Positions 50,151 to 59,987 of a stretch of DNA of 64,000 bases are shown in pieces; position 1 is the stretch's first letter; each line of letters begins with the position of its first letter. The notes below the pieces were generated by a model. It ran no database searches, was not told the origin of the DNA, and saw only the letters and a list, made by a program, of their open reading frames with translations. A program made the translations under genes and the position numbers. Origin of the DNA: an uncultured Solirubrobacteraceae bacterium (GTDB lineage: Bacteria; Actinomycetota; Thermoleophilia; Solirubrobacterales; Solirubrobacteraceae). The stretch covers positions 21,235 through 85,234 of the forward strand of contig CAVROM010000008.1 of the NCBI GenBank assembly GCA_963722815.1, in the 5' to 3' direction.

Positions 50151-52034
50151 GTGCCCACCCGACACCGGACCCGAGGCCGCGTCGCGGCGATCGCAGCGCT
50201 GGGCGCAGTCGTCCTGCTGCTGGCCGGTGGCTGGGCGCTCTACACGCGCAACGACGACGCGGCGAAGGCGCAGGCGGCGGCCGAGCGGTACCTCGGCGCG
50301 TGGTCGGGCGGCTCCGACCGCGCCGCGGCCAAGCTCACGGATCAGCCGGGCGCTGCCGCGGCCGCGCTGACCGCCTCGCGCCGCGGCCTCGACGGCGCGC
50401 GCGTCCGCGCCGTGCTGAAGGGCGACGTCGACGAGCACGACGGGCGGGCGAGCGCGCCCGTCGCGGTCGCGTGGCGCGTGCCCGGGATCGGATCGTTCGC
50501 GTACCTGACGACGCTGCGGCTCACCCAGCGGGGCGAACGCTGGGTGGTGCGCTGGAGCCCGCGCGCGATCCACCCGCGCCTGACCGCGGAGACGCGGCTC
50601 GGGACCTCCACGGACACGCCGGCGCGCGGCCGGATCCTCGCGCGCGACGGCCGGGCGATGGTGAAGCCGCGCGCCGTGGTCGACGTGGCGGTCGAGGTGG
50701 CGAAGGTGCGCGATCCGGCCGAGACCGCGCGCGGGCTGGCCGCGATCGACGGCATCGACGCCGACGCCGCCACGCTCGCCAAGCAAATACGGTCAGTGCC
50801 GCAGCGCAGCTTCGTCCCGGTCATCACCCTGCGCCAGGCCGACTACGACCGGGTGGCCGCGAGCCTCGACGCGGTCCGCGGCGTGTCGCTGAACGCGCGT
50901 AAGTCGCCGCTGCCGCCGACCAAGACGTTCGCCCGTGCGCTGCTCGGCACCGTCGGGCCGGTGACGGCCGAGCAGCTCGAGAAGACGCCGTCGCTCGGCC
51001 CCGGCGACGAGATCGGCCAGTCGGGGCTGCAGTCGGCCTACCAGGAGCGGCTCGGCGGCGCGGCGACCCGCAAGGTCGTGATCCGCGATCGCGAGACCGG
51101 CGCCGCGGGCAAGGCGCTGCTGGCGCGGCCCGGTCGCCGCGCGCGGCCGCTGCGCACGACGCTCGATCTGCGCGTGCAGGCGGCCGCCGAGGCGGCGCTC
51201 GCGCCCGTCAAGGGCAACGCGGCGCTCGTCGCCGTCCAGCCCTCGACGGGCGACATCCTCGCGGTCGCCAACCGCCCTGCGGACTCGACCTACGACCGCG
51301 CGCTGACCGGCCTCTACGCGCCCGGCTCGACGTTCAAGGTGGTCTCGACGACCGCGCTGCTGCGCGCCGGGCTCGACGTCGACCGCACGGTCGACTGCCC
51401 GCGCACGCTGACCGTCGACGGCAAGCCGTTCCGCAACTTCGAGGGCGATGCCGCGGGCGCGGTGCCGTTCCGCCGCGACATGGCGCAGTCGTGCAACACC
51501 GCCTTCGTCTCGCTCGCCGGCGAGCTGGAGCCGAACGCGCTCACCGACGCCGCCGCGGACTTCGGGCTCGGCCGCAAGCTCTCGCTCGGTCTGCCGGCGG
51601 CGGACGCCAAGGTCCCCCCGCCGACGAGCAAGGTCGGGCAAGCCGCGATGATGATCGGGCAGGACCGGATCGTCGCCTCGCCGCTGGCCATGGCCGGGGT
51701 CGCCGCCACGGTCGCGGCCGGGCGCTGGAACGCGCCGCGGCTGCTCCGCTCCGACCCGCGCGCCCACGGCCCGTCGCTGCGCGAGCGCGACGCGCTGCGC
51801 CCGCTGATGCGCGATGTCGTCACCTCCGGCACCGGGACGGCCCTGCGCGACGTGCCCGGCAACGTGATCGGCAAGAGCGGCACCGCCGAGTACGGCGGCG
51901 GCGACCCGCCGCCGACGCACGCGTGGTTCATCGCCGCGCGCGACGACCTCGCGGTGGCCGTGCTGGTCGAGGACGGGCGCTCCGGCGGCACCGTCGCCGC
52001 GCCGATCGCGGCGCGCTTCCTCAGCGCGCTCTAG
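50151..52034 (+). CDS. penicillin-binding protein (class B transpeptidase with NTF2-like MecA_N-type N-terminal domain)
   Basis: GTG 50151. A TM anchor is present, together with the motifs STFK (SxxK), SCN (SxN) and KSGT. Confidence 0.9.
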   Translation: MPTRHRTRGRVAAIAALGAVVLLLAGGWALYTRNDDAAKAQAAAERYLGAWSGGSDRAAAKLTDQPGAAAAALTASRRGLDGARVRAVLKGDVDEHDGRASAPVAVAWRVPGIGSFAYLTTLRLTQRGERWVVRWSPRAIHPRLTAETRLGTSTDTPARGRILARDGRAMVKPRAVVDVAVEVAKVRDPAETARGLAAIDGIDADAATLAKQIRSVPQRSFVPVITLRQADYDRVAASLDAVRGVSLNARKSPLPPTKTFARALLGTVGPVTAEQLEKTPSLGPGDEIGQSGLQSAYQERLGGAATRKVVIRDRETGAAGKALLARPGRRARPLRTTLDLRVQAAAEAALAPVKGNAALVAVQPSTGDILAVANRPADSTYDRALTGLYAPGSTFKVVSTTALLRAGLDVDRTVDCPRTLTVDGKPFRNFEGDAAGAVPFRRDMAQSCNTAFVSLAGELEPNALTDAAADFGLGRKLSLGLPAADAKVPPPTSKVGQAAMMIGQDRIVASPLAMAGVAATVAAGRWNAPRLLRSDPRAHGPSLRERDALRPLMRDVVTSGTGTALRDVPGNVIGKSGTAEYGGGDPPPTHAWFIAARDDLAVAVLVEDGRSGGTVAAPIAARFLSAL

Positions 52035-55000
52035 CGCTCGGCGGCCGGGCAGGCGATCCGGTAGTCGCACATCGAGCACGCCGCGTAGGACGGCGTCGGC
52101 TCGAAGCCCTGACCCTGGATGCCGTCGGCGACCTCGAGCACGGTGTCGGTGATCCAGTCGCGGTCGGCCTCGTCGCGCTCGACCGGGACCTTCTCGTCGT
52201 CGAGCACGTAGTAGTAGGCCTGGTGGGCGGCCTCGAGCTGCCACGACTCGCGCGCGCCGACCGCGTAGAGAGACAGCTGGACGTCCTCGCGCAGCTGCGC
52301 CGCCGTCTTCGGGCGGCCGGTCTTGTAGTCGATCAGCTCGTAGCCGCCGTCGGGCAGGCGGTCGACGCGGTCCACGCGCCCGCGCAGCAGGTGCGGCCCG
52401 AGCTTGAACTGGAAGGCCTTCTCGAACCAGACCGGCTCGCCCTCCTCGCCCTGGAAGCGCTCGTGGTAGCGGATCAGCGAGTTGGTGGCCTTCGTGCGCA
52501 GCTGGCGCTCCTCCTCGGAGTCGCCGAAGCCGCCTCGGCGCCAGCCGGCCTCGAGCAGCCCGAGCAGCTCGGGCAGCGAGCGCGACACCGCGCCGCCGGC
52601 GTGGAAGCGCTCGAGCACCTGGTGGACGAGGATCCCGAAGCGCTGGTTCAGCGTCGGCTCGCTCGGGATCCGGAAGACGCGCGCGAACTTGTACTTCAGC
52701 GGGCACGTCCGGTACGTCTCGATGTCGGACGCCGACAGCATCAGCCCGTCGCCGCGACGGGGGAGGAACGACTCCAGCGACGGCTCGGTCCTCGCCGCCA
52801 CCGCCCGCGCGCGCAGCCGCTCGTCGCGCTCGGCGTCGAGCAGGTACTCGTCGAGCGCGCTCGTCTCGAAGATCTCGCGCTGCTCGGCGGTCGCGGCCTG
52901 CAGCAGCCGCGCGTTGACCTCGGGCAGCGCGTCGGACACCGACATCCCCTCGGCGCTCGTGCGCTCGAGCAGGGCGGAGAGCTTGATCAGCTCGAGGTAG
53001 CGGACGACCGCGTGGGAGACGTCGAGGTCGGTGTCGAAGCGCAGCTCGCCGAGCCGGCCGCCGACCTGGGAGACCGTGGTGAGCAGCTCGTCGCGCAGGA
53101 TCCGGAACGTGGACTGCAGCGTCTCGGCGGGCCCGAACAGCTCCTCGCGCTTGAGCTCCCACTCGCCACCGGCCGCCGCGCGCGCCTCCTCCACGAACGG
53201 CGACGGCTCCTGCGCCGCGCCGCGCTCCGTCGTCTCGGGGTAGGCGAGCACGAGCCGGCGCCGCGCGCGGGTCATCGCGGTGTGCAGCAGCCGTCGCATC
53301 TCGGCGACGTGCCCCGCCTTCGAGTCGGGCGGGAGCGACTCCTTGAGCAGCGCGTCGGGGATCGGCTCGAGCGTGCGCCGCCGCGGGCCGGGCATGCGCG
53401 CGCCCATCAGCCCCAGCACGTAGACGTGGTCGAACTCGAGCCCCTTGGCCGCGTGCATCGCCATCACCTGCACGCCGACCGGGCGGTCGCCGGCCACGGC
53501 CTCCTCCTCGCGCAGGCCGGCCTCGGCCACAGCGGCGATCGAGCGGGCGAACTCGCGCGCGGTCGCCTGCGGGGCGCGGGCGACGTACGCGCTCGCGAGC
53601 TCGGCGAACTTGGCGAGGTTGACGAGCCGCTCGACGACCTCCACCGAGGCGGCGAACAGCAGCTGGCGCCGCAGCCCGAGCCGCTCGATCAGGCGGTGGA
53701 CGTAGAGGTCCGGTCGTGCCGAGTCGAGCGCGTTGGACGCCGCGCGGTAGAGCTTGAAGAACGTGCGGATGCGCTCGCGCGCCTCGGGTGGGATCTGCGG
53801 CGACTCGAGCGCGGCGCCCAGGGCGCCGACCATGTCGAGCTTGCGGCGGCGGGCGATCTGCGTGCAGCGGGCGATGTCGATCGCGCGCAGCTCCACCGGC
53901 GGCCGGGCGAGCGCGCGCACGACCGCGCCGGCGTCGCTCGGGTCGACCAGCAGCCGCAGCCACGCGAGCAGGTCGCGCACCTCGGCGCGCTGGAAGAACG
54001 CCGCCGCGCCCGCGAGCCGGTGCGGCACCGCGCGCTCCTCGAGCGCGACCGCGACCGCCTGGCCCTCGTTTCGGACGGAGCGCACGAGCACGCAGATGTC
54101 CTCCGGCGCGACGTCCTCGCGCGCGACCAGTCGCTCGATCTCGGCCGCCACCGACTGCGCCTGCGCGCGCTCGTTGTCGCACTGCCAGAACGCGACCTCG
54201 CCGGGTGGGTGGGATGGATTTCCGTGCAGCTCCTTCGCGATCCGGTCCGGCGCCGGCTGGGCCACCGCGCGCGCGGCGGCGAGGATCCGCTCCGGGCAGC
54301 GGTGGCTCTCCTCGAGCCGCACGACCGTCGTGGCCGGCCACTCGGCCTCGAAGTCGCGCAGGTTCTTGGCCGCCGCGCCGCGCAGGCGGTGGATCGCCTG
54401 GTCGTCGTCGCCCGCCGCGCTGATCTGGCCGTGCTCGCCAGCGAGCAGCCGCAGCAGTAGGCACTGGGCGAAGTTCGCGTCCTGCAGCTCGTCGACGAGG
54501 ACGTGGCGGAAACGAGTGATCACCCGCGCGCGCACGCGGGGGTTGTGTCTGAGCAGGCGGAACGCGTCGAGCACGAGGTCGCCGAAGTCGCGCGTGCCGG
54601 ACTCCTGCAGCCAGCGGTCGTGGGCGGCGTAGATGGCGGCGAACTCCCGCTCGCGGTCGGCCTCGGGGCCGAGCGTCTCCGCCCACGCGCCGTAGTCCTC
54701 GTGCGAGACGAGCTCGTCCTTGAGCCGGTCGATGCGGGCGACGATCGAGCCGATCAGCTGGCTCGGGTTGCCGCGGATGTCGTGCGAGGCGAGCGGCAGC
54801 TCGTCGATCCGCTCGAGCAGCATCGCCAGGCGGTCGGCGGGCGGCGACCGGCGTGGCGAACGGGTCGAGCCCGGCCTCCAGCGCCTCGTCGTGCAGCACG
54901 TGCGCGCAGAAGCCGTGGACGGTCGTGACCGTGACCTCCTCGAAGCCGCCGTCGAGGCTGCTCTCCAGTCGCTCGCGCAGCGCGTCGGCGCCGGCCTGCG

Positions 55001-55169
55001 AGACCGTCAGGGTGAGGATCGACTCCGGCGCCAGGCCTTGCTCGCTCACCAGCCAGGCGAAGCGGTCGCACAGGACCGTCGTCTTGCCCGTGCCGGCGCC
55101 GCCCAGGACCAGCAGCGGGCCGCCCGGATGCGTGACGGCCTCGAGCTGGGCGGGGGTCGGCGACACCAC
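52031..55169 (-). pseudogene. UvrD/AddA-type ATP-dependent helicase fused to a C-terminal PD-(D/E)XK nuclease with Cys cluster, one frame change
   Basis: GTG 55169. Walker A GGAGTGKT, the motif VDELQD, and helicase motifs up to MHAAKGLEFDHVYV are present. The nuclease region has YRTCPLKYKF ... DRVD..ELIDYKTG ... CSMCDYRIACP. The frame shifts at about 54835 (..DPFATPV | ADRLAMLLERIDEL..). Confidence 0.88.
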
Positions 55170-55184
55170 CGTAGGATAGGCCCG

Positions 55185-56045
55185 GTGGGGGTCTCCGATC
55201 GTGCGCAGGACACGGACTGGCTGGAGCTGTGCCGCCGCGCGACCGACGCGCTGCGCCGCATCCTCGCCGAGGCGCCGAGCACCGCCGAGCGGGTGCGCGA
55301 GGTCGGCACGCGCGGCCAGGGCGGCGACCGCACGCTGATCATCGACGCCGAGGCGGAGGAGGCGGTGTTCCGCGAGCTCGAGGCGCTGCACGACGAGGGC
55401 CTGCGTTTCACCGCGGTCAGCGAGGAGCGCGGGACGATCGACTTCGGCGATCCCGACACGCTGGTCGTGATCGACCCGATCGACGGCTCCGTCAACGCCA
55501 AGCGCGGGCTGCCGCACCACTCGATCTCGGTCGCGGTGGCCAACGGGCCGACGATGGCCGACGTCTTCTTCGGCTACGTCTACGACTTCGGGCCGGAAGA
55601 GGAGTGGATCGCGCGCCGCGACAAGGGCGCATGGCTGGACAAGCGGCGGCTGCCGGTCGACGCCGGCGAGCGCCGCGGCAGCGACGGGCGGCTCGAGCTG
55701 CTGGGCATCGAGTCCGCCGACCCGCGCTGGATCCGCGAGGCGGCCGACCGGCTGGCCGAGCAGGCGTACCGGCTGCGCGCGCTCGGGACGATGGCCTCGA
55801 CGCTCTGCCAGGTCGCCGCGGCGCGGCTCGACGGGATGGTGACGCTGCGGCGCTGCCGCGCGGTCGACGTCGCCGCCGCGCAGCTGATCGTGCGCGAGGC
55901 GGGCGGTCTCGTGGCGTTCCCGTGGTACGAGGACGTGCTCAGCGCGCCGCTCGACCTCGTGCCCCACTCGCCGTGCGTGGCCGCGCGGACGGAGCGCGCG
56001 CTGGTGGAGCTGTCACGAATCCCACCTGCCGAGGGAAGCCTTTAG
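55185..56045 (+). CDS. inositol monophosphatase family protein
   Basis: GTG 55185. The motifs SEE, VVIDPIDGSVN and a WD-like region are typical of the IMPase/SuhB fold. Confidence 0.85.
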   Translation: MGVSDRAQDTDWLELCRRATDALRRILAEAPSTAERVREVGTRGQGGDRTLIIDAEAEEAVFRELEALHDEGLRFTAVSEERGTIDFGDPDTLVVIDPIDGSVNAKRGLPHHSISVAVANGPTMADVFFGYVYDFGPEEEWIARRDKGAWLDKRRLPVDAGERRGSDGRLELLGIESADPRWIREAADRLAEQAYRLRALGTMASTLCQVAAARLDGMVTLRRCRAVDVAAAQLIVREAGGLVAFPWYEDVLSAPLDLVPHSPCVAARTERALVELSRIPPAEGSL

Positions 56046-56068
56046 ACACGGCTGCCACCCTGGTTGGC

Positions 56069-57103
56069 GTGATCGATTGGAAGCTCGCAAACACCGTCGC
56101 GGAAGGCATCGCGAACCTCAAGCCCGCCCCCGAGGCGTCCGCCTTCGAGCACGTCGCCGGGCCGACTGAGGAGTCCGCCCGGCTCGTCTCCGCCTACACC
56201 GGCCTGATGGCCGACTCCCTGCCGCACGCCGAGCCGGTGGACCGGCCGCTGTGGATCCAGGGCAACCTGAGCTCGCTCAAGACGGTGCTCGACCCGGTGG
56301 CCGACAAGCTCGGCCAGGGCATGGGCCCGCTCTCCGGCGCGGTCAGCGCGGCCGCGGGCGCGCTGCTGGCCGTCGAGGTCGGCGCGGTGTCGGGGATGCT
56401 CGCCCAGCGCGTGCTCGGCCAGTACGAGTTCCCGATCCTCGAGCCCGAGGCGCCCGCGCGGCTGCTGTTCGTGTCGCCCAATCTCGCCGTGGCGGCGTCG
56501 GCGCTCGACGCCGAGCCCGACGAGCTGCTGCGCTGGGTCGCGCTCCACGAGGTCACGCACGCGCTGCAGTTCGGCGGCGTGCCGTGGCTGCGGCCGCACA
56601 TCGCCACGATGGTGCGGGAGCTGCTGGGCGGCCTCCAGGTCGACCCGGTGCGGCTCATGAAGCTGCCCGACACCTCCGACTTCCGCTCGATCGTCGACAA
56701 GATCCGCGAGGGCGACCTCGCCACGCTGATCGTCGGCCCCGAGCGCCGCGCCGCGCTCGACGCCATGCAGGCGTTCATGGCGGTGCTGGAGGGCTACGCC
56801 GAGCACGTGATGGACGAGGTCGGCGCCGAGATTCTCCCGAACCTGCCGGAGCTGCGCGGCGCCATGGACCGCCGCCGCCGCGACCGCTCGGGCCTGCTGC
56901 GGATCTTCGAGAAGCTGATCGGGATGGACATGAAGCTCCGCCAGTACGAGCTCGGCAAGAAGTTCTGCGACGCGGTCGCGAAGGCCGGCGGGATCGCCGC
57001 GCTCAACCGCGTGTGGGAGGGGCCGGCCCAGATGCCGACCCTCGCCGAGCTCGAGGACCCGGACGCGTGGATGGCGCGCACGGGGCCCGCGCGCGCCGCC
57101 TGA
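56069..57103 (+). CDS. zinc-dependent metalloprotease, DUF2342 family (F420-biosynthesis-associated type)
   Basis: GTG 56069. IDWKLA.., WVALHEVTHALQF (HExxH) and EGYAEHVMD are present. Confidence 0.85.
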   Translation: MIDWKLANTVAEGIANLKPAPEASAFEHVAGPTEESARLVSAYTGLMADSLPHAEPVDRPLWIQGNLSSLKTVLDPVADKLGQGMGPLSGAVSAAAGALLAVEVGAVSGMLAQRVLGQYEFPILEPEAPARLLFVSPNLAVAASALDAEPDELLRWVALHEVTHALQFGGVPWLRPHIATMVRELLGGLQVDPVRLMKLPDTSDFRSIVDKIREGDLATLIVGPERRAALDAMQAFMAVLEGYAEHVMDEVGAEILPNLPELRGAMDRRRRDRSGLLRIFEKLIGMDMKLRQYELGKKFCDAVAKAGGIAALNRVWEGPAQMPTLAELEDPDAWMARTGPARAA

Positions 57104-57211
57104 GCTCGGTCCCGAACCCGCCCCCTCAACGCCCGCCGTTTACAAGCGCCGGCGCCGCCACGACCCCTTGAAAGCGGCGCTGCGCCCGCTACCGTGGGCG
57201 TTGCAGCGCCA

Positions 57212-57223
57212 GAACACGCGTTC
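57212..57223. promoter_or_regulatory. GAAC-N4-GTTC palindrome (LexA/SOS-box-like)
   Basis: GAACACGCGTTC sits within cAGAACACGCGTTCGc and fits the core of the actinobacterial TCGAAC-N4-GTTCGA consensus. Confidence 0.35.
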
Positions 57224-57303
57224 GCTTTGTTACAAGGTCACGACCGGATTTCCGCGCTGTGCAGCCACATCGTGACCAGGCTGTAACAAAGTCCCTAGCG
57301 AGG

Positions 57304-57331
57304 TTTACAAACGTGTGTTCGCTGGTACACT
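57304..57331 (+). promoter_or_regulatory. sigma-70-like promoter TTTACA-N16-TACACT with an imperfect SOS-like box (AAACGTGTGTTC, 57309-57320) in the spacer
   Basis: Near-consensus hexamers lie in an AT-rich region about 60 nt upstream of ATG 57392. The RBS GGAAGAGGGG is at 57373-57382. Confidence 0.5.
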
Positions 57332-57391
57332 GGTTCTAACGGACTTAGAAGTAATATCCTTATTCAGCAACCGGAAGAGGGGCTGACACGA

Positions 57392-58003
57392 ATGGCCACC
57401 ACCACCACTGGCACAAACAACACTTCTGCTGCGAAGCGCAGCGCCGCCGCCAAGAAGGCTGCCGCCACGCGTAAGCGCAACTCGCGCACCACCACCCGCA
57501 GCACCACTCGCTCGACGGCCGCCAAGTCGCCGTCGAAGACGACCGGTCGTCGCACGCGTACGACCGCCCAGAACAAGACGCGCGAGGCCGCCAAGGCCAA
57601 CGCGACCGCCGCCAAGACGACGGCCAAGCAGGGCCGCAACGTCGCCGAGCGCGCCGGGCTCATCTACGTCGGCGCCGTGCTGGAGGCGCGTGACCGCGTC
57701 ACCACCGTCGCCACCGACGTCGCCGAGACGCTCACGTCGCGTCGCGGTGTGACCCTGCGTCGCCTCGAGCGCCGTGGCCAGACGGAGACCCGCAAGGCGC
57801 GCACCCGTGCCGAGCGCCTGATCCGTCGCGGCGAGCGCCGCGTGCAGCGCGAGACCAACGCCGTCGAGCGTCAGGTCGACCGCCGCAACAAGGTCGTGAC
57901 GCAGCAGGTCGCGACGGTCTCCGGCCGCGTCGAGGAGGCCGTGCAGACCGGCATCGCCGCCGGCGAGCGCGTCATCACCAACGTCCAGAAGCAGCTGGCG
58001 TAA
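57392..58003 (+). CDS. highly basic protein: histone-H1/HbhA-like low-complexity N-terminus plus coiled-coil C-terminus
   Basis: 203 aa. The N-terminal roughly 90 aa are Thr/Ala/Lys/Arg-rich (AAKRSAAAKKAAATRKRNSRTTTRSTTRSTAAKSPSKTTGRRTR..). These are followed by heptad-like helices. Codon choice (CGT/CGC, ACC) differs from neighbours and suggests high expression. Confidence 0.75.
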   Translation: MATTTTGTNNTSAAKRSAAAKKAAATRKRNSRTTTRSTTRSTAAKSPSKTTGRRTRTTAQNKTREAAKANATAAKTTAKQGRNVAERAGLIYVGAVLEARDRVTTVATDVAETLTSRRGVTLRRLERRGQTETRKARTRAERLIRRGERRVQRETNAVERQVDRRNKVVTQQVATVSGRVEEAVQTGIAAGERVITNVQKQLA

Positions 58004-58065
58004 GTAGTAGTCGGGAAACGGACTTCCCCCGGCCGGCTGTTGGAGAGAGCTGGACACGGGAAAGG

Positions 58066-58093
58066 CTGCCAGGCCTCATATCTCGCCTGGCAG
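58066..58093 (+). terminator. perfect 9-bp stem-loop CTGCCAGGC-N10-GCCTGGCAG
   Basis: Lies in the 180-nt spacer downstream of the basic-protein gene. There is no U-tract. Confidence 0.35.
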
Positions 58094-58115
58094 AGAAGCA
58101 CCCTCTCCTCCCTCA

Positions 58116-58152
58116 ACCGTCGGGGCGCCAGCAGTCAGGGCGCCCCGTCGGT
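58116..58152 (+). terminator. 14-bp (one mismatch) GC-rich stem-loop followed by CTTTAAA; likely intrinsic terminator
   Basis: ACCGTCGGGGCGCC-agcagtcag-GGCGCCCCGTCGGT is followed by cttt. Confidence 0.5.
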
Positions 58153-58182
58153 CTTTAAACACCACCGCCTATCCTTGGAGTC

Positions 58183-59322
58183 ATGCCCACCGAGTCTCAG
58201 ATCCTCGAAGCGCTCAAGGCCGTCATCGACCCCGAGCTGCGGCGCGACATCGTCGAGCTCGAGATGGTCCGCTCGATCGCCATCAAGCCCGACGGCGTCG
58301 TCGACGTCACGGTCTCCCTGACCACGCCCGGCTGCCCGATCAAGGGCCACTTCCAGACCGACGTGACGAAGGCCGTCACCGGCGTCGAGGGCGTCAGCCG
58401 CTGCAACGTCGGCTTCGACGTCCTGAGCGACACCGAGAAGGGCGTGCTCCAGCGCAAGCTCGGCCGCCCCGGTGGCCTGCCCGAGGGCTCGCTCGCGGCC
58501 GTCCAGAACGTCATCTGCGTCGGCTCCGGCAAGGGCGGCGTCGGCAAGTCCTCGCTGACCGTCAACCTCGGCGCCGCGCTGGTGGCCGAGGGCAAGCGCG
58601 TCGGCGTGCTCGACGCCGACGTCTGGGGCTACTCGATCCCGCGCATGCTCGGCCTCGGCGCCGACAAGCCGCGCGTCAACGCCGAGCGCAAGATCATCCC
58701 GATGGACGCCCACGGCCTGAAGGTCATGTCGATCGGCTTCTTCGTCAAGGAGGACGAGGCCGTCGTCTGGCGCGGCCCGATGCTCCACAAGGCGCTCACG
58801 CAGTTCCTCGAGGACGTCGCGTGGGGCGAGCTCGACTACCTGCTGATCGACCTCCCGCCCGGCACCGGCGACGTCTCGATGACGCTCGCCCAGCTGCTGC
58901 CGCAGGCCAAGTTCGTGATCGTCACCACCCCGCAGGACGCCGCGCAGAAGGTCGCGCGCCGCTCCGCCGAGATGGCCGACAAGGTCAAGCTCGAGATCGC
59001 GGGCGTGATCGAGAACATGTCCGGCTTCACCACCCCGTCCGGCGAGCGCTTCGCGATCTTCGGCGAGGGCGGCGGCGGCCGGCTGGCCGACGAGCTCGAC
59101 GTGCCGCTGCTCGGCACCGTGCCGCTCACCATGGCGCTGCGCGAGCAGGCCGACGCGGGCACGCCGCTGGTGTTCACCGACCCCGACGACCCCGCCGCCC
59201 AGGGTGTCCGTCAGGCGGCGCGGGGCCTCGTGGCGCTGTCGCCGATCGAGCTGCCGGTGATGCAGGACCCGGTGCCTTCGGCTGCGCCCCAGCCGGTCGG
59301 CATGTCGCTCCCGATGGCCTGA
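58183..59322 (+). CDS. mrp: Mrp/ApbC/NBP35-family Fe-S cluster carrier ATPase with N-terminal DUF59 domain
   Basis: DUF59 region: ILEALKAVIDPELRRDIVELEMV. The deviant Walker A GSGKGGVGKSS is present, along with DLPPGTGD and a CPIK-type Cys. Confidence 0.92.
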   Translation: MPTESQILEALKAVIDPELRRDIVELEMVRSIAIKPDGVVDVTVSLTTPGCPIKGHFQTDVTKAVTGVEGVSRCNVGFDVLSDTEKGVLQRKLGRPGGLPEGSLAAVQNVICVGSGKGGVGKSSLTVNLGAALVAEGKRVGVLDADVWGYSIPRMLGLGADKPRVNAERKIIPMDAHGLKVMSIGFFVKEDEAVVWRGPMLHKALTQFLEDVAWGELDYLLIDLPPGTGDVSMTLAQLLPQAKFVIVTTPQDAAQKVARRSAEMADKVKLEIAGVIENMSGFTTPSGERFAIFGEGGGGRLADELDVPLLGTVPLTMALREQADAGTPLVFTDPDDPAAQGVRQAARGLVALSPIELPVMQDPVPSAAPQPVGMSLPMA

Positions 59323-59651
59323 GCCCGGGCCATCGCCGCCGCGAGGCGGCGCCGCGCCTCCGCGTAGGCGCGGGCGCAGTGGAAGAAGACGATCGTCAGC
59401 AGCGCCGACGTCAGCGCCGGCACGACGAGCACGCCGACCGCCTCGGCGGTGGTGTGCACGAGCGCGTGCGACCGCCGGATGCCGGGCTCGAACGGCTGCA
59501 GGTCGATCTGGTGCAGCGCGAAGGTCTGGACCGACAGCAGCGCGATCGCGACGAGCGCCCAGCACCGGGGCACGGGCGTGCTCAGCAGCGCGACGCTCAG
59601 CGCCACGACGATGAGGAGGAGCAGGTCGATCGAGGCCAGGGTCGAGGCCAC
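59211..59651 (-). CDS. hypothetical membrane protein; 3' portion doubtful
   Basis: GTG 59651. Three hydrophobic helices are predicted. The last roughly 35 codons run antisense into the mrp 3' end, so the true stop may be earlier. Confidence 0.4.
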   Translation of the reverse strand: MASTLASIDLLLLIVVALSVALLSTPVPRCWALVAIALLSVQTFALHQIDLQPFEPGIRRSHALVHTTAEAVGVLVVPALTSALLTIVFFHCARAYAEARRRLAAAMARAQAIGSDMPTGWGAAEGTGSCITGSSIGDSATRPRAA

Positions 59652-59703
59652 ACGCCGAGATTACCCAGGCCGCCTGCTCGGCAGCCTAGAGTGAGGGCCC
59701 TAG

Positions 59704-59967
59704 CTACTTGCCGGCGTAGTACTGCGCGTTGATGCCCGCGAAGTTGGACCACTCCTCGGGCAGCTGATCCTCGGCGAAGCACGCGTCGACCGGGCAGGCC
59801 TCCACGCAGGCATCGCAGTCGATGCACTCCTCGGGGTCGATGTAGAGCATCTCAACCTTGTCGTAGTCGGGCTCGTCGGGCGTCGGGTGGATGCAGTCGA
59901 CCGGGCAGACCTCCACGCAGGAGTTGTCCTTGGTCCCTATGCAGGGCTCGGCGATGACGTAGGCCAT
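59704..59967 (-). CDS. fdxA: ferredoxin (7Fe, 3Fe-4S plus 4Fe-4S type)
   Basis: MAYVIAEPCIGTKDNSCVEVCPVDCIHP...CIDCDACVEACPV is the classic actinobacterial FdxA Cys pattern. Confidence 0.92.
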   Translation of the reverse strand: MAYVIAEPCIGTKDNSCVEVCPVDCIHPTPDEPDYDKVEMLYIDPEECIDCDACVEACPVDACFAEDQLPEEWSNFAGINAQYYAGK

Positions 59968-59987
59968 TGCGCGGCATCATAACCATC

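Noticed and set aside
50793-55967. Giant 1724-aa ORF on the minus strand. Similar cases are 15662..18709 (1015 aa), 34368..37952 (1194 aa), 27857..30532 (891 aa), 24029..26761 and 5140..7794.
   Set aside because: These are Arg/Ala/Gly/Pro-rich translations with no recognisable domains over most of their length. They run antisense to, or out of frame with, clearly homologous genes. Only short sections of them coincide with real genes after frame changes. Long spurious ORFs of this kind are typical of DNA that is very GC-rich and therefore poor in stop codons.
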